Origin: the human T2T-CHM13v2.0 reference genome, Homo sapiens
Strand: one strand, 5' to 3'
DNA length: 64,000 nucleotides
Assembly (NCBI RefSeq): GCF_009914755.1
Contig: NC_060933.1
The first letter of the stretch is position 1. Every line of letters starts with the position of its first letter. Both the position numbers and the translations under genes were made by a program. Of the stretch, positions 28,075 to 45,410 are shown one piece after another. Under the pieces are notes generated by a model. The model saw only the letters and a program-made list of their open reading frames with translations. It did not search any database and was not told the DNA's origin.

Positions 28075-28475
28075 TTAACAGTTCACATTTCAAAGAAAGC
28101 AGCGAAGTCTCCAAAGTAACTCCATTCTGTTTCAAGAGACTTGTTGCTAATCTTAGGCATGTTTTGAAAAGACCAAAGGCATTGCTACAGACTTGAACGT
28201 TATGCTTCCATCTAGTAAAATGCACCAAACACAAAATACTGCCACAAAATACTTCAAAGGATTTGAAATCCCAAAATGCAAGAAAAATTCTTTATATGCA
28301 AATCAGTTACTTCTACTTCATAAATAAAAGCTAAGATGTAACTACTGATAATCGCAGAATTACATAAACAGTAATACCAAAAATTCACCACACACTCCTA
28401 AGGCAATAATTAACAGAAAAAGGCAATTTATTAACAGGATAAAAAAATACTGTTAAAACTAAAATTTCTTCTCAC

Positions 28476-28533
28476 CAAATTCACCATTGGTTTCAGTGTT
28501 AGGGAAGGTTTCTTCTGGCTGTTCAGTTTCCAT
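28476..28533 (-). CDS. HNRNPK: HNRNPK exon 3 coding part (exon starts 28560)
   Basis: ATG at 28533, METEQPEETFPNTETNGEF; donor TTG|GTGAG. Confidence 0.96.
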
Positions 28534-28653
28534 ATTCTTTTATTAAACGGGCACACCAATCTGTGGAAAAATAAAGCAGCTAGTACATTTGGCTTATTGG
28601 AAAGCAAGCTGTAAAAAAAAAAAAAAAAAAAAGACATTGCTTCTAGAACGTAC

Positions 28654-28733
28654 CAGTTATTATATATCCTTGCAGAGCAGAACTGAAGCGTTCTGGGTCG
28701 GACCAACAACTGACACCCCAGTGCTGCAGTAGC
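28654..28733 (-). other. HNRNPK: HNRNPK non-coding exon 2
   Basis: TTATAG|GCTACTGC...ATAACTG|GTACGT, 80 nt. Confidence 0.85.
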
Positions 28734-30433
28734 CTATAAGAACCAACACAAATCAGTTTTGCTTTTGTTTATTCTTATTACTGAATATTTGTTTCCGATC
28801 ACAGTGAATACTGATTTGAACCCAAAAAACCAGCTGTTTCTAAAACTTGATTCTTCATTTTAGGGTTTCACAATTCAAATGACTGCCTAAAAAATACAAA
28901 ATTCAAGGGAGCCTGGTTTCATTTTTTGCTAAGTTAGAACAATAACTTTTAGCCACTGGATTAAGTCCCACCACAGCAATGAATTGTTTTATACGGCACA
29001 TTCCCAAAACCCTGAAAAGATAAATGTCATCCACAAAGCATACATTTATGAAAAGTTACAATGCATCTTATTCACTGGGAAAACTAATTTTATATTAAAA
29101 CTTCCAATTGCTTTCCTATTTCTTTCGACTCATGCTTGAAGCGATCTTATGTGACATCTCTAAAGTTTACAAATACAACGGCAATTGCGAACACATCCAA
29201 CAACCAGAACAATCTACCGGAGGGATAAATCCAAAAATCTAATATAGGACCAGACCCAAACTACCACAATACCAGTCTATTATTAATCAGCGAAACAAAT
29301 GGAGCCCTTGAAAACTAACAGTCACTAGCGGATTATTTTAAATTAGGCTTAAGGGAGTACAACACAACAATCATGCCTGTAACACGAAAACTAAAGTGTC
29401 TACGTGCCAAAACGGTCGATAGGACTACAAACAGCCTTTTTAAGCTTCCCTCTTGTCGGGACTAGGAGTTGACAAGCGGCCTCTACTAGAAGGTTGGCTA
29501 GACAGCAAAGAGCCAACAAGCGAGGCACATTTATGCCTCCCATTCTCCCATACCGTTGGTCGACTTATTGCTCTCCTAACGACAACTGAAACGACATCCT
29601 TCCGGCCCAGCACGCAATTTCTGAGGTGTGGTGGGAGAAGAGTTGGATAAGAAAGTTTAAGCAAAAACAGCAGGGCTTATCTGTAAGAATAACGTTGCCG
29701 CTTGCCGTTCACCCTTCGGGTCCTGCAGTCACTAGTCCCCAGGCCTCAAAAATCCGCTAAGTATGTGCTCCACTGGCCGAGCGCCAACGCGCCCTCCCCT
29801 CCCCGCCTCCCGGCACCGAGATCAAAAACAGCCGGGTAACAGGACGGGAAAAAGCGAAAGTCGACAGCAGAAGCACCGCACCTCTCCTCACCCGGATCCG
29901 ACAGGAAATGGCGGCCCGCGTAATGGCGACTACGTGCTACTAGGCGGAGCCGAGCGCCGACCCCCTCCCCCACCCACCACGCGGTCCCGAGGTCTCATCC
30001 CCCGCATCCTCCCCCCACTGCCCGAGACAAAGCCATCGAGGCAGCCCTGACCGTTCCATCCCCGCCGCTCCAGCTCCGACCCCGGGCCGGGAGACCCAAG
30101 GTGAGGCGGGGCTCACACAAAGAGAGCGGCGGCGCGACCTTCTCCCCGCACCGGCCTCCTTTCCTCCACGAGGTCCCTAGTTCCCAGTGCCACATAGCTC
30201 CAGCTCATCCTAGAGGCACATGCCTCACGAATCCCCAAGTCTCTAGGACCACAACGCGGACTGCGGATACACGCTCAGGGAAATGGCGGAGGTGGGGGAG
30301 GGGACACCGGGCAACGTTCCCACTCGGAGAAGCGGCCAAACACCAAAGCGGCTCCCAGGACGCCTCCCTCAAGCGGAAAAACTGGGCTCCGACCCTCACC
30401 TCCACGAGCCGCTCCCCCAACCCGGCTCCTCAC

Positions 30434-30560
30434 CGCGCGAGACTGCCGTCCCTCCGCTGCCGCGCCGCCTCAGCCGGTCGGAGCTAGACAGAAAACGAGC
30501 GCAGGCTCCCCTCCCCCGCCTTCTCGCGTCCTCCCCGCCGTCGCGCCCTATTGGCTGCCA
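30434..30560 (-). other. HNRNPK: HNRNPK non-coding exon 1 (TSS approximate)
   Basis: Donor TCTCGCGCG|GTGAGG at 30434/30433; joins exon 2 to give the HNRNPK 5'UTR as I recall it; CCAAT boxes just upstream. Confidence 0.75.
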
Positions 30561-30999
30561 GGGCTTCAGCGATGGTGCGAGGGCGAAGCGATTGGCCCGA
30601 GGCCACGTCAATCAAGGCGACGGAGGAGGCGACAACCCCGCCTCCCGCCAGCGCCTCCCTTCGGGCTGGGAGGCCACTAAGGGCTCGAGAAAACCCGGGC
30701 TTGGGAAAAGTAAACGCAGCCTTTCAGGGAGCCCCAACCCTTACCCGAATCAGCAATACCCAAGCTCCAATAACTCCAATTACCTATAGGCCGCGAACAA
30801 GTGGGACACAGGCAAGACGTCGAGGTCGGTGCAGCAGAGAAACAGAGGATAATGGCGTCTGCAGTGCTGTCGCCTGGAGCGCCCTCCTCCTTTCTCGTTC
30901 GCGCACTCACTAGCTGGGGGGAGGGGCGGCTAGGGGGCGAACCTCTCGCGAGATCTAACAACTGCCTAGTTCACGCGCACAGGGAGGGGGCGGGGAAGG

Positions 31000-31172
31000 G
31001 GCGTTTTCCAGCCCCGAAGGAGTCCTTTGGGGTTGGAGGAGGGGCGCGAGCGCGCGGCAAATCGGGCGGGAAGAGGTAAAAAAGGAACTGGGAGCGCGCC
31101 GCGGCGGTTCCTGTCCTTACAGTTGCGCTGCCCAGGGACCGATGTTGCGCGAGGAAAATGCGGGACGCCCAG
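31000..31172 (+). other. RMI1: Probable RMI1 non-coding first exon (boundaries uncertain)
   Basis: Candidate donors CAG|GTCGGT (~31172) and GCG|GTAAGT (~31285) in the CpG island; no other promoter seen upstream of the RMI1 CDS. Confidence 0.5.
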
Positions 31173-34100
31173 GTCGGTGCTCGGCCCAGACTTATGCCCG
31201 TGTTTTCACAGCCCACACTCGTGCCCGAAGCCCCTTACCCCGCCCCGGGCTGTGGTCTGTGGGCTGTGGGACGAGCTGCGGCGCGGTAAGTGCGGGCCGT
31301 CTGCGTCCGCTGGGCCGGGCCCACGCTTCGGAAACCCGTTGTTTGTAATGGTCCGGGGCGCCCGTCAGTCAAGGCCGGGCCCGGGGGCGCAGCTGGCGGT
31401 TCTCGGCCTGCCTTGCGCCGGGGCGGGAGCCGGGGAAACGCGGGGCGAGCCTGGGAGTACTGGAGAACTTCTCGCCGAGAGGGCACAGGCGGTTTCACAG
31501 GGCTCTCGGTTCTGAGACTTTCCTCTTGGGTAATGGGACCTGAGATGGAAGTATTTTGTAGTGTCGTCGCTGTAGTTTATTCCGATAAAATTTTTAGGCA
31601 ATATGTATTGCCCTTGTCTCCTAAAATGAATGCGTATCGCTGAATACGTTGCAGACCTCCACGTTCCATTCAAAGCGCCTGCCTTGTGGCAGTGATGAAA
31701 ACAGACAAAAACCCTTGCCCTCAAACGTGCTCCTGTTCTAGCGGGTTCAGCGCACACTTGCATTGTATTCGGTTCCTTACTTTTAAGGCTCCTGTGCCAA
31801 GCTTTCATGACTTCCTTTGTTAAGGCACATAAGGTCACTTTCAATCGGTGACAGCCCTGGGAAATCTCCAGCCCTGGTAGTACCCGCTTTCCACATCCTT
31901 ACTCGTCAACCTTCCAGCCTCCGCCCACAATCCCAAACTCATTTTGAAGCATAAAGGTGTCATAATCTGCACATAAAGCGAAATCCACCATTGGCCGAAT
32001 ACATGCATATATTTTAGTGTTGATGAATTTGTGCTGATTCATTCCTGTTATAATGTTTCCTTCTTGGGTAATTTGCAAAACATATATACCAGCATTCTTT
32101 TAAATGGCCATGATTGCATCCACCCAGCATCTTTTACTTGACTGATTAGAGGAAAACTCTTGTTAGGGCGCACTGAGGATTTCATGACAAACACCAGTAT
32201 TTACATTCTGGGAGGATACGTTAACACATGCTGTTAGAACATAATGTCCGGGATTGTGGAATTTATAAAAGTTCTCTTTAAGTGATAATATAATTTTTTA
32301 AATGGTCCCCACCATGAAGAGTGTATAGTCTTGTTGGGTAGGTAAAACTTAACTCGCATTTCAGTTCTAAAACACAAAGTTCAGAATTTTATTAAATATT
32401 CAAAACTGATGAGTTTATGTAGGGGCTTAGGATACTTGGATTATAGAGATTTAATCCGCCAGTTAGTATTTGCAACATTTAATTGAGTTTGTCATTTAAA
32501 ACCTGAGACATGTCACTGACACTAATATGCACAAATAGCGGTACGGTAATGATGATGCTGTGCTTTCTTTCAAATTAGGATTTATGTTGCAGTCATCATT
32601 TTCTTGATAAGGAATGATGAGTGGGAATCACAAGTAAGCAGCCCTATATAAGAACCTCTTCCGGCCGGGCACGGTGGCTCACGCCTGTAATCCCAGCACT
32701 TTGGGAGGCCGAGGCGGGCGGACCACAAGGTCAGGAGATCGAGACCATCCTGGCTAACATTGTGAAACCCCGTCTCTACTAAAAAGACAAAAAAAAAAAT
32801 TAGCCGGGTGTGGTTGCAGGAGCCTGTAGTCCCAGCTACTCAGGAGGCCGAGGCAGGAGAATGGCGTGAACCCGGAAGGCTGATCTTGCAGTGAGCCGAG
32901 ATCGCGCCACTGCACTCCAGCCTGGGCGACAGAGCGAGACCCTGTCTCAAAAACAAAAACAAAAACAAAAAAAAAAACCTCTTCCTCCCAGTTTCATTGT
33001 CCAGACTGGACCCCGACTGGTGTAAATTATTCATCCCCTCTAGATGCCATTGTGGGATGGTTGCTATTTTTCCCCCCATTTGATTTCTTCTTTACGTCTT
33101 TTTAATTTTTAGGTTTGCTCTTTAAATAACAGGAAAGTCTTTTTTCTCCATCCTTTTATTCTCTGTTTGAAATTAAGACTTTTCAACCCAATAATTTTAT
33201 ACCTGTGTTCATTCAAGAACTTAACAATACATTCATTGACTCCAGTCTTGTGTAATTGGTACAATGGTGTAATGGTGTAGTGATCACTTTGGACTCAGTG
33301 AATTTAGACCCAATATTACTTAGATGGGGGATTTACTTTAGATGGGCTAATATAATTGAGAATGTACACTATCCAGCTGCATTATTGTTTAAAATAGTAT
33401 TTATAACTACTATTTCCTGAGTTCCCCACTGTGTGCTAAACGTTGTGCTGGCAGTTTAATACTTTTTAGAGTTCTTTGAGCAAGTTGTTAGTTATCTTTG
33501 TTTTGTGAACGAATGAACTAGCACTAAGAGAAGCTAAGGAACATATCCAAGGTCACATAGCAAAATGGGGTTCCAGATTCTCTTTCTGTCTTTTCCTTAC
33601 TTTAGGTTATGGAGGATCCATAAAAATCTCCTCTGATTACTTCTTCTAATTTCAGTCATATACGGTATAAATTTTTCCTCCCTAATTTTCGGAGTATCTT
33701 CTCAAAAATTCCAGGATTACCTTGAACTCATCCTCAATGAATTAAAATGTAGACTTACCTTTATTGTTTAGATGAAGATAATGGAACTGTGGAGTAGATT
33801 TAAATATTCGTTAGTGCTTTTAAGTCTCAGCTATTGTCAGAATGACACACGTAAGGTCCAAAAGGATGACACTCCTGCCTCGCTTTTTATTAAAAAAAAA
33901 TTGGAATATATGAGGCTGACTGAAAATTAATCTGTAAATCAAATATGCCTAGACCTTCGTGGTAGGTGATAAAATTTTCCCACTTTATTTTCTTTTGTTC
34001 AGTTCCTGGCAGTACAGATCTAGAATGCAGATTAGTGTGGTCAGCCAAGTTTATCATTCATACAATGCTAATCAGCTTTCTTAAAAATGTTTTTTCCTGA

Positions 34101-34575
34101 TTATAAAATTAATGGGGATTAAGCTGTATGTAATTTTATATGTGTTCTTTTTCCCAACAAAATGTGAATGTATTTCTTTGTCATTAAATAATTCTTAAAA
34201 ATGGTTTCTTTAAAGATTTCATAGCTTTTCATTTCATGGTGGTAGTGCTATGTATTTAACTTTTTTTCCCATTTTGAACATTTTGTTTTTTTCAAAATAT
34301 AAAAACTCAGTGGTAAACTCTCTGCCACATAAATCTTTGTCTTTATTTATTTTGTTACTTATTGATGCATAAAAGATGTACATAGTTTTGGGGTATATGT
34401 GATAATTTAATATATTCACTTAATTTGTAAAGATCAAATCACAGTACCGGGGATATTATCTCCTTAAATATATGGCTTTTCTTTGTCCTTATTTATGATT
34501 ATGTCCTTAATTCTGGAAAGTAAAAGAAGTGGATAATATGGTATGAACATACCTTTTTTTTTTTTTTGAGACTGA

Positions 34576-34731
<156 letters not shown>

Positions 34732-34782
34732 TAGTAGAGATGGGGTTTCTCCATGTTGGTCAGGCTGGTCTGGATCTCCTGA

Positions 34783-35070
<288 letters not shown>

Positions 35071-36070
35071 TGACCTCAGGTGATCCACCTGCCTCAGCCT
35101 CCCAAAGTGCTGGAATTACAGCTGTGAGCCACCGCACCCAGCCCGAACATATCTTACTGTATAATTTAAAAGACAGTTTTCCAAATTTATTATTATTTTC
35201 TTGGACAGTGGAGTTCTTTAGGATCAGGAGCTGTTCTTTGCACATGGGAATTTGTGCTGCCCTTGCTAACCTCTGCCTCTGAGCTGCTTCTACCTGCTTG
35301 TGACTATGGTTACCCAATTTCCTAAGCAAAGAAGGGATGAAAACCTTAGGAATTATCTGAAGGACTAGATGCCATTAATATAATTTACCAAATTATTAAA
35401 GGTCTCAATTATTAATATCCAGTCTAAACTTTATAATATAGATCTTACATAATATTTTTCCATTTGATTAAACATTTTAATAAGCTTCTCTTTCTAATCT
35501 GTAGGAAAAATAACCTATTACACATCATCTTTTTATTATAATTAAGACATGCAGTTGTAGGAATTATATCTGTATCCTAGATCAATCCTACTTTCTACTT
35601 TGTTGTTAAGTGATGAAATCTGTGTAACAGATGTATGTTAGCAGTTATTTTATTTCCCCTAAAGTTCTTGACTTTTTGGTAAAATATTTGAGAATAGTTG
35701 TATTGGAATGCTTGTACAGTGTTAAGTATCTCTTATCACATTTGCTTGTGTTTTACAGGTGTCTTGGTTATCTTTTGGGTGTTTAGTCAATGGAATTTTT
35801 TTCTTTGCCCAGTTATGATAACATTACTGTAAATTCATAGTATGTCAGCTTCAGAAGTTGAGAGTGGTTCTTAGAGTTATTAATTAGGACTGACACATTT
35901 AATGGAACAGTTTAGTTGTTGGGGTTCACTGAGCAGTGTTTTTCAGAATTCATCCCAACTCTTGGCTGAAAGGAGTTTTGCCACTTGCGGTGTTCAGTAG
36001 CACATACGGCCGGGCGCGGTGGCTCACGCCTGTAATCCCAGCACTTTGGGAGGCCGAGGCGGGTGGATCA

Positions 36071-36372
<302 letters not shown>

Positions 36373-38158
36373 TTAGAATATCAGTTTGTAATATTCAAAA
36401 AATGTAAAAATTATTTTATGTGCTATGTTAGTAGGGTTATAGCAAAAGGAAAAGTAGTACTTAACCGCAGCACTATGTCGAAGCTATCACAAAGATAAAT
36501 ATAGTAGGTGTAGGTGATATTTTTAAGTTTTTCTTTCATTTGATTTTGTAAATGAAACAATTTAGAATGCATTAGATGGGCTTGTTATTTACGTGAGATC
36601 TGAGAATTCTGTTCATTATAGTAGCAGCAAACCACTCTTATAGAATGGCCGTTTATATGTGGATTTTATACATAAGTGGGTTTTATAGATGAATTGAGGG
36701 ACTGGTTTTACTTCCTCTTTCCACTTAAGTTGACAGAAAAAGGTAAAAGAATGGAGATTAGCAGAATTTATGTTCTAGTTCTGGGTCTGCTGTTGGGTAT
36801 GATATGTATGCCTTAATCTTCATGCCTCAGTTTCATCATTGTCAAAAATAGATGAGAATACTCTTTCTATCAAAAAATTACTGTTTTGAGGTTTAGATAA
36901 CATTGTAGATGTAGAAGTACATTTTTTATTGATATCTTTAAAAAAATTTTAAGTCTTACAAAATAGGTTTTAATTTATTTTCAGCAAAGTCTTCACTTCT
37001 CTGTTTATACATCTGTACCTGCTGGGAAATATAGGATTAATATCTCTGAAATTCATTCTTGTTTATTTTCTGTCCAGCCTTGACCTTTTCAGTTCATAAC
37101 CAATCAGTCTTCTTTTCTTACTGATTCATTTCTTTTGAAGTTTCAAAGTCAACTGAAAGTACACTTTGTCCTCATTTCAGTTTACTTAATCTAATGTCTG
37201 TCATCACATTTTTACAACACCTTTGAAAATTATACTAGGTCCATTTGCCAGCACTGTGTTATTTAAATTTTACTGGAGGAAATAGGAACCTTATTGAATT
37301 GGTGCAACTAAGAGCCATGGCTGGGTTCCTTCCCTCCCCTCCCCTCCCCTTCCCTTCGCTTTCCGATGGAGTCTCACTCTGTCACCCATGCTGGAGTGCA
37401 GTGGGAAACCCTTGGCTCACTGCAACCTCTGCCTCCTGGATTCAAGCGATTTTCTGCCTCAGCCTCCTGAGTAGCTGGAATTACAAGCACGTGCCACCAC
37501 GCCCAGCTAATTTTTGTATGTTTAGTAGAGATGGGGTTTCACCATGTTGACTCACACTCCTGACCTCAGATGATCCACCCGCCTCGGCCTCCCAAAGTGC
37601 TAGGGTTACAGGCGTGAGCCACCGCGTCCGGCCTGCCTTCTTATTGTTTCTATTTTTATCACTTTTCTGCTCCTTTTGTGCCTTCTTTTAGATTGTTTTC
37701 TTTATATTTTCCTCAGCTAGTTTGAAAGTTAGTTGTTACATTTCTATTCTTTTGGTGTTTACCTTCAGTTTTTTAATTGGAGTATAATTTACCTTCAGTA
37801 AAATTCATATTTTTTGGAGTATAGTTCTGAGTTTTGATAAACAGATAACAGTCATGTAACCACCAACCACCACCATCGTCATGTTATAGAACAATTCCAT
37901 CACCCCAAAAATTTTCTTTTGCCCCTTGTAGTCAACCTCTTTCCACATTTCTGGCCTTTGGCAACCACTGAACTGTTTTCTGTTTGTATAGTGTTGCATT
38001 TTTCCAGAATGTCATATAAATGGAATTATTCCTTTACTTACCATACTGAATTTGACATTCATGCATATTATTCCTTGTGTCCATAATTTATTTTTATTAT
38101 TAAATAGTATTCCATTGTATGGATATTATCACAGTTTGTTTATCCGTTCACCAAATGA

Positions 38159-38344
<186 letters not shown>

Positions 38345-39135
38345 TAACAGATAGAGAGATAGAGATATTGCCCAGGCTGGTTTTGAACTCCTGGCCTCAA
38401 GTGACCCTCCCACCTCAGTTTCCCCAAGTGCTGGGATTACAGGTGTGTGCCACCACACCTGGCCACATACAGGATTTTAATGGATGTCAAAATTATTTAC
38501 TCTCTTGAGTAAATACCTTGCAGTTGCATTGCTGGGTTGTATGGTAAGTATATGTTTTGATTTCTAAGAAAATGCTAAACTGTTTTCCTTTTGTTTTGTT
38601 TTGAAACAGGGTCTTGCTCTATCGCCCAAGCTGGAGAGCAGAGGCATGATCACATCTCACTGCAGCCTTGTCCTCCTAGGCTCAGGTGATCCTCCTCCCT
38701 CAGGCTTCTGAGTAGCTGGGACTACAGGCATGCACCACAATGTCTGGCTAATTTTTGCATTTTTGGTAGAGACAGAGTTTTGCTGTGTTGCTCAGGCAGG
38801 TATTGAACTCTCAGGCTCGAGCAATCTGCCCTCCTCAGCCTCTCAAAGTGCTGGGATTACAGGCATGAGCCACTGCACCTTGCCCAACTGTTTTCCTTTG
38901 TAGAAACCTGCCAAATTCTTTTCCACGGTGGCTGTGCCATTTTGCATTCTCACTAGCAATGAGAATTCTAGTACTTGGTATTGTCAGTTATTTTTTATTT
39001 TACATGTGTAGTGATATCACCTTTGATTTTAATTTTGCATTTCCCTGATGTCTAATAATATTGAACTGTTTTCCTGTGTTTATTTGCCATCTGCATATTT
39101 TCTTTGGTGAAGTTTCCATATCGTTTTTCTTTTAG

Positions 39136-39261
<126 letters not shown>

Positions 39262-39474
39262 TGAGTAGTTGAGACCACAGGCACATGCCACCATGCCCAC
39301 CTAATTTTGTTTATATTTTTGTAGAGACAAGATCTCAGTATGTTGTCCAGGCTGGTCTTTATTTCCTGGGCTCAAGTGATCCTCCTGCCTTGGTCTCCCA
39401 AAGTGCCAGGCTTATAGGTGTGAGCCACTATGCCTGGACTGAAGTATCCTTTTAAATCTCTTTCTTATTTTGTG

Positions 39475-41454
<1,980 letters not shown>

Positions 41455-42529
41455 TAGATGTTTCTTTTAGACTAATATGCATGTGTGTGTGTCTTGTCTT
41501 TTTATATTCCTAACAGTGTCTTTCATAGAACAGACGTTTTAAATTTCTTTCTTTTATGCATCATGGATCATGCTTTTGATGTCATTTTTCTTTTTTTTTT
41601 TTTAACTAATATTTTTTAGAGACAGGTTCTCACTTTGTGTCCAGGGTAGGGTGCAGTGGCACAAACATGGCTGACTACAGCCTCAACCTCCTGGGCTCAA
41701 GGAATCCTTCCATTTTAGCCTCCCAAGTTGCTGGGACTACAAATGTATGCCACCATACCCCAGTTTGTTTTAAAAATTTTTTGTAGAAATGGGGTCTTGC
41801 TATGTTGCCCAGGTTGCTCCTGAACTTTTGTCCTCAGGTGATGCTCCCACCTTGGCCTCCCAAAGTGCTAGGATTATAGGCATGAGCCACCACGTCCAGC
41901 CTGGTGTCATTTTTCTAGGAAAACTTTTAGGAAACCAAGGTCACAAAGATTTTTTCTGCAAACTTTTCTTATACATATTTTGTAGTTTTAGTTTTTACAC
42001 TTGGCTCTGTGATCCATTTTGAGGTAATTTTTATTTGTTGAATTACTTCTACAACTTTGTGGAAAATCAATTGATCATATATATGTGTGTCTATTTGTAG
42101 ACTGTCCTTTCTTCCTATTTTCCAGTATGTTAATCCTTTTGTCAGCATCTCACTGTTGATTATTGTAGTTTTATATGAAGTGTCGATGTTATATAGTGTG
42201 AATCCTCCAACTTTGTTTTTCTTTTTCAAAATTGTCTTGGCAATTCTAGTTCCTTTGCCGTTCCATATAAATTTTAGAATCAGTTTGTTATTTTTTATAA
42301 AAAGATTGCTGGGGATTTGAATGGAATTGCATTGAATCTATAGATGAATTTGGGGAGAACTAAAACCTTAACCAGGTAAACTCTTCTAATCCATGAACAC
42401 ATCCATATCTCTCCATTTGCTTAGGTTGTTTTTAATTTCTTTAATCTGTAATTTATAGTTTTCAGCATAGTGTTTGCCTTTTAGGTGCTATTATAAAATA
42501 CACTGTTTTGTCCGTTGCTTGTGCAGTTG

Positions 42530-43005
42530 GCAACCTTATTTGAAGGTTTAAAGACACCTCATTTAATATATATCATTGAATCATTAACATTGAACTTACA
42601 CAGCCAACAGTGCTGTAACTCATGCCTGAATAAGCTTATCTAAAATACATATTTTCTCCACAAGACAGATCACAGCTTTCTTGTGCTTAGGTACACTAGG
42701 TAGCACTTGAGCACTGTGCCAGGGATCCATTTTAAACATCAAAACTACTGGAAAAAAAAAAAAGCATAAAAACATGGCACTAAGTAGAGCACTAAAAGGA
42801 GACTTGTTTATTGTATGAGACCTGAACCAAAAAGGCACAATATCACTTTGACCTCAGCTGGGAATGTGCATGTTGGGTGACTCAGGTTTTTCACTGCTCT
42901 GCACATGTTCATGAATGACCACGAGAGTGCAGTAAATATTGATTTTGGGATTACAAATAAATTTTAGTGAGTAGGCAAATAAGGAATCTGTGAATGAAGA
43001 TCAAT
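42530..43005. mobile_element. Tigger-like DNA transposon fragment (subfamily not assigned)
   Basis: ATTGATTTTGGGATTACAAATAAATTTTAGTGAGTAGGCAAAT terminal-type sequence. Confidence 0.5.
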
Positions 43006-43217
43006 TATATAAAAGTAAAATTGACTTTTGTGCTATATATTGGCCTTATATCTTGCTAACTCAGGTGATAGAGCTTTTTTGTAGATTCTTTAGCATTTTC
43101 TTCATCAATATTCATGTCATTGGCAAATAGGGGTACTTTTATTATTCCTTTTTTCTCTCTTCCATCTTTTTCTCTTTTTAAAATTGTAGTGAAAAGCACA
43201 TCAAATAAATTTACCTA

Positions 43218-43326
43218 CTGGTCTGATTGCAGTGATGTTTACAACTAATTGATCACAACCAATTATAGATTTCTTTATTCCTTCTGCATTTCCAGTGCTT
43301 TACTTGAGTAGCCTAAAAAAAAAAAA
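43218..43326 (+). pseudogene. Y3 RNA retropseudogene with A-tail
   Basis: CTGGTCTGATTGCAGTGATGTTTACAACTAATTGATCACAACC...TTGAGTAGCCT matches hY3; followed by A12. Confidence 0.9.
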
Positions 43327-44190
43327 TTACACTCTTAACAAATTTTGAATACAATTTATGGCATTGTTACTTATGTGCATATTGTTGTGCAACAGTTATC
43401 TATAACTTTTTCATCTTGCATTACTGAAACTACCCATTTCTCCCTCCCCACAACACTTGACAAACACCATTCTACTTTCCATTTCTGTGTGCTTGATTAT
43501 ATTAGGTACCTCATGTAAGTGGAATCATGCAGTATTTGTCCTTTTGTGATTGGCTTATTTTACTTAGCATAATGTCCTCAAGGTTAATTTATGTTGTGGC
43601 ATATGATAGGATTTACTTCTTTTATAATACTGAACATTCCATGGTATGTATATGTTATGTTTTGTGTATCCTTCTATCAGTGGACATTTCGATTGTTTCT
43701 GTATCGTTAATGTGAGCAATGCTGCAACAAACGTGGATTGTGAGATATCTCTTCAAGATCCTGTTTTCAGTTCATTTGGATATACACCTAGAAGTGGGAT
43801 AATGTGGTAGTTCTAGTTTTAATTTTTTGAGGACGCTCTATACTGTTTTCCATAGTAGCTTCACCATTTTATAATAATATTAACAGTGCACAGGGGTTTC
43901 AATTTTCCCACATCCTCTCCAATACTTGTTATTTTCTGGTTTTTTGATATTGGCACTTCTAACAGGTATGAGGATGAGATCTCATTGTGGTTTTGATTTG
44001 TATTTCTTTTATGATTAGTGATGTTGAGCATCTTTTCATATGCTTATTGACCATTGTATATCTTTTTATTATTATTATTATTATTTTTTAAGATAGGGTC
44101 TTGCTTTGTCGCCCAGACTGGAGTGCAGTCGCACACTTACGGCTTGCTGCAGCCTTGACTTCAAGCAGTCCTCTCACCTCAGCCTCATGA

Positions 44191-44586
<396 letters not shown>

Positions 44587-45302
44587 TAGTCCCATTTGTC
44601 TATTTTTGCTTTTGTTACCTGTACTTTTGGTGTCATATCCAAGAAATCATAGCCCATTTCAATGTCATGAAGCTTTTTCCCTATGTTTACTTCTAGGAAT
44701 TTTATAGTTTCAGGTGCTACCTTTAGACCTGTAATCCATTTTGAGTTAATTTTTGTATATGGTGTGAGATAACGTCCATCTTTAATCTTTTACATGGGCA
44801 TGTCCAGTTTTCTCAACACCATTTGCTGAAGAGAGTATCGTTTTTCCATTGTGGAGTCTTGGCACCATTGTCAAAGATTGACCAGATACTTCCTGGGATC
44901 AAGTGATCCTCCCACCTCAGCCTCCCAAGTAGCTGGGACCACCAGAAGGTGACATCACACCTGGCTGATTTTTGTATGTTTTGTAGAGATGGGGTTTTGT
45001 CATGTTGCCCAAGCTGGTCTTGAACTCCTGAGCTCAAGCGTTCTGCCCATCTCGGCCTCCCAAGTGTTGTGATTACAGACATGAACCACCACGTCTAGCT
45101 CCCACATTTTTGTTATCTTATATTTTACATCCAGCTTGTTAGGTCTTCTGATACTTTTCTTTATCCTTAATGTTTTGTATTTTGCCATGTTACTGTGTAT
45201 AAGTGTAGATTAAAAAAATACTGATTAGCAGTAGAGAGTTTTTTCAACCTAGAAAATAATATCTTGGAAAAATTTCAACCATTATTTATTTATTTATTTT
45301 GA

Positions 45303-45410
<108 letters not shown>

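Larger units (their letters stand above)
29700..31520. promoter_or_regulatory. Bidirectional CpG-island promoter shared by HNRNPK and RMI1
   Basis: Very high CpG density; ATTGG/CCAAT boxes (~30550, ~30591, ~30767, ~30776); TCTCGCGAGA palindrome 30944-30953 (BANP/ZBTB33-type); GC boxes ~30923, ~30987; E2F-like GGCGGGAA ~31065; YY1-like AAATGGCGG ~29906, ~30281. Confidence 0.9.

Noticed and set aside
29746-31844. Overlapping 70-170 aa ORFs in the HNRNPK/RMI1 CpG island (and at 6424-7531)
   Set aside because: Expected from stop-codon scarcity in GC-rich DNA; low-complexity R/P/G/A peptides.
35759-35830. Possible extra RMI1 5'UTR exon after TGTTTTACAG|GT
   Set aside because: Good acceptor but no convincing donor; cannot be supported from sequence alone.
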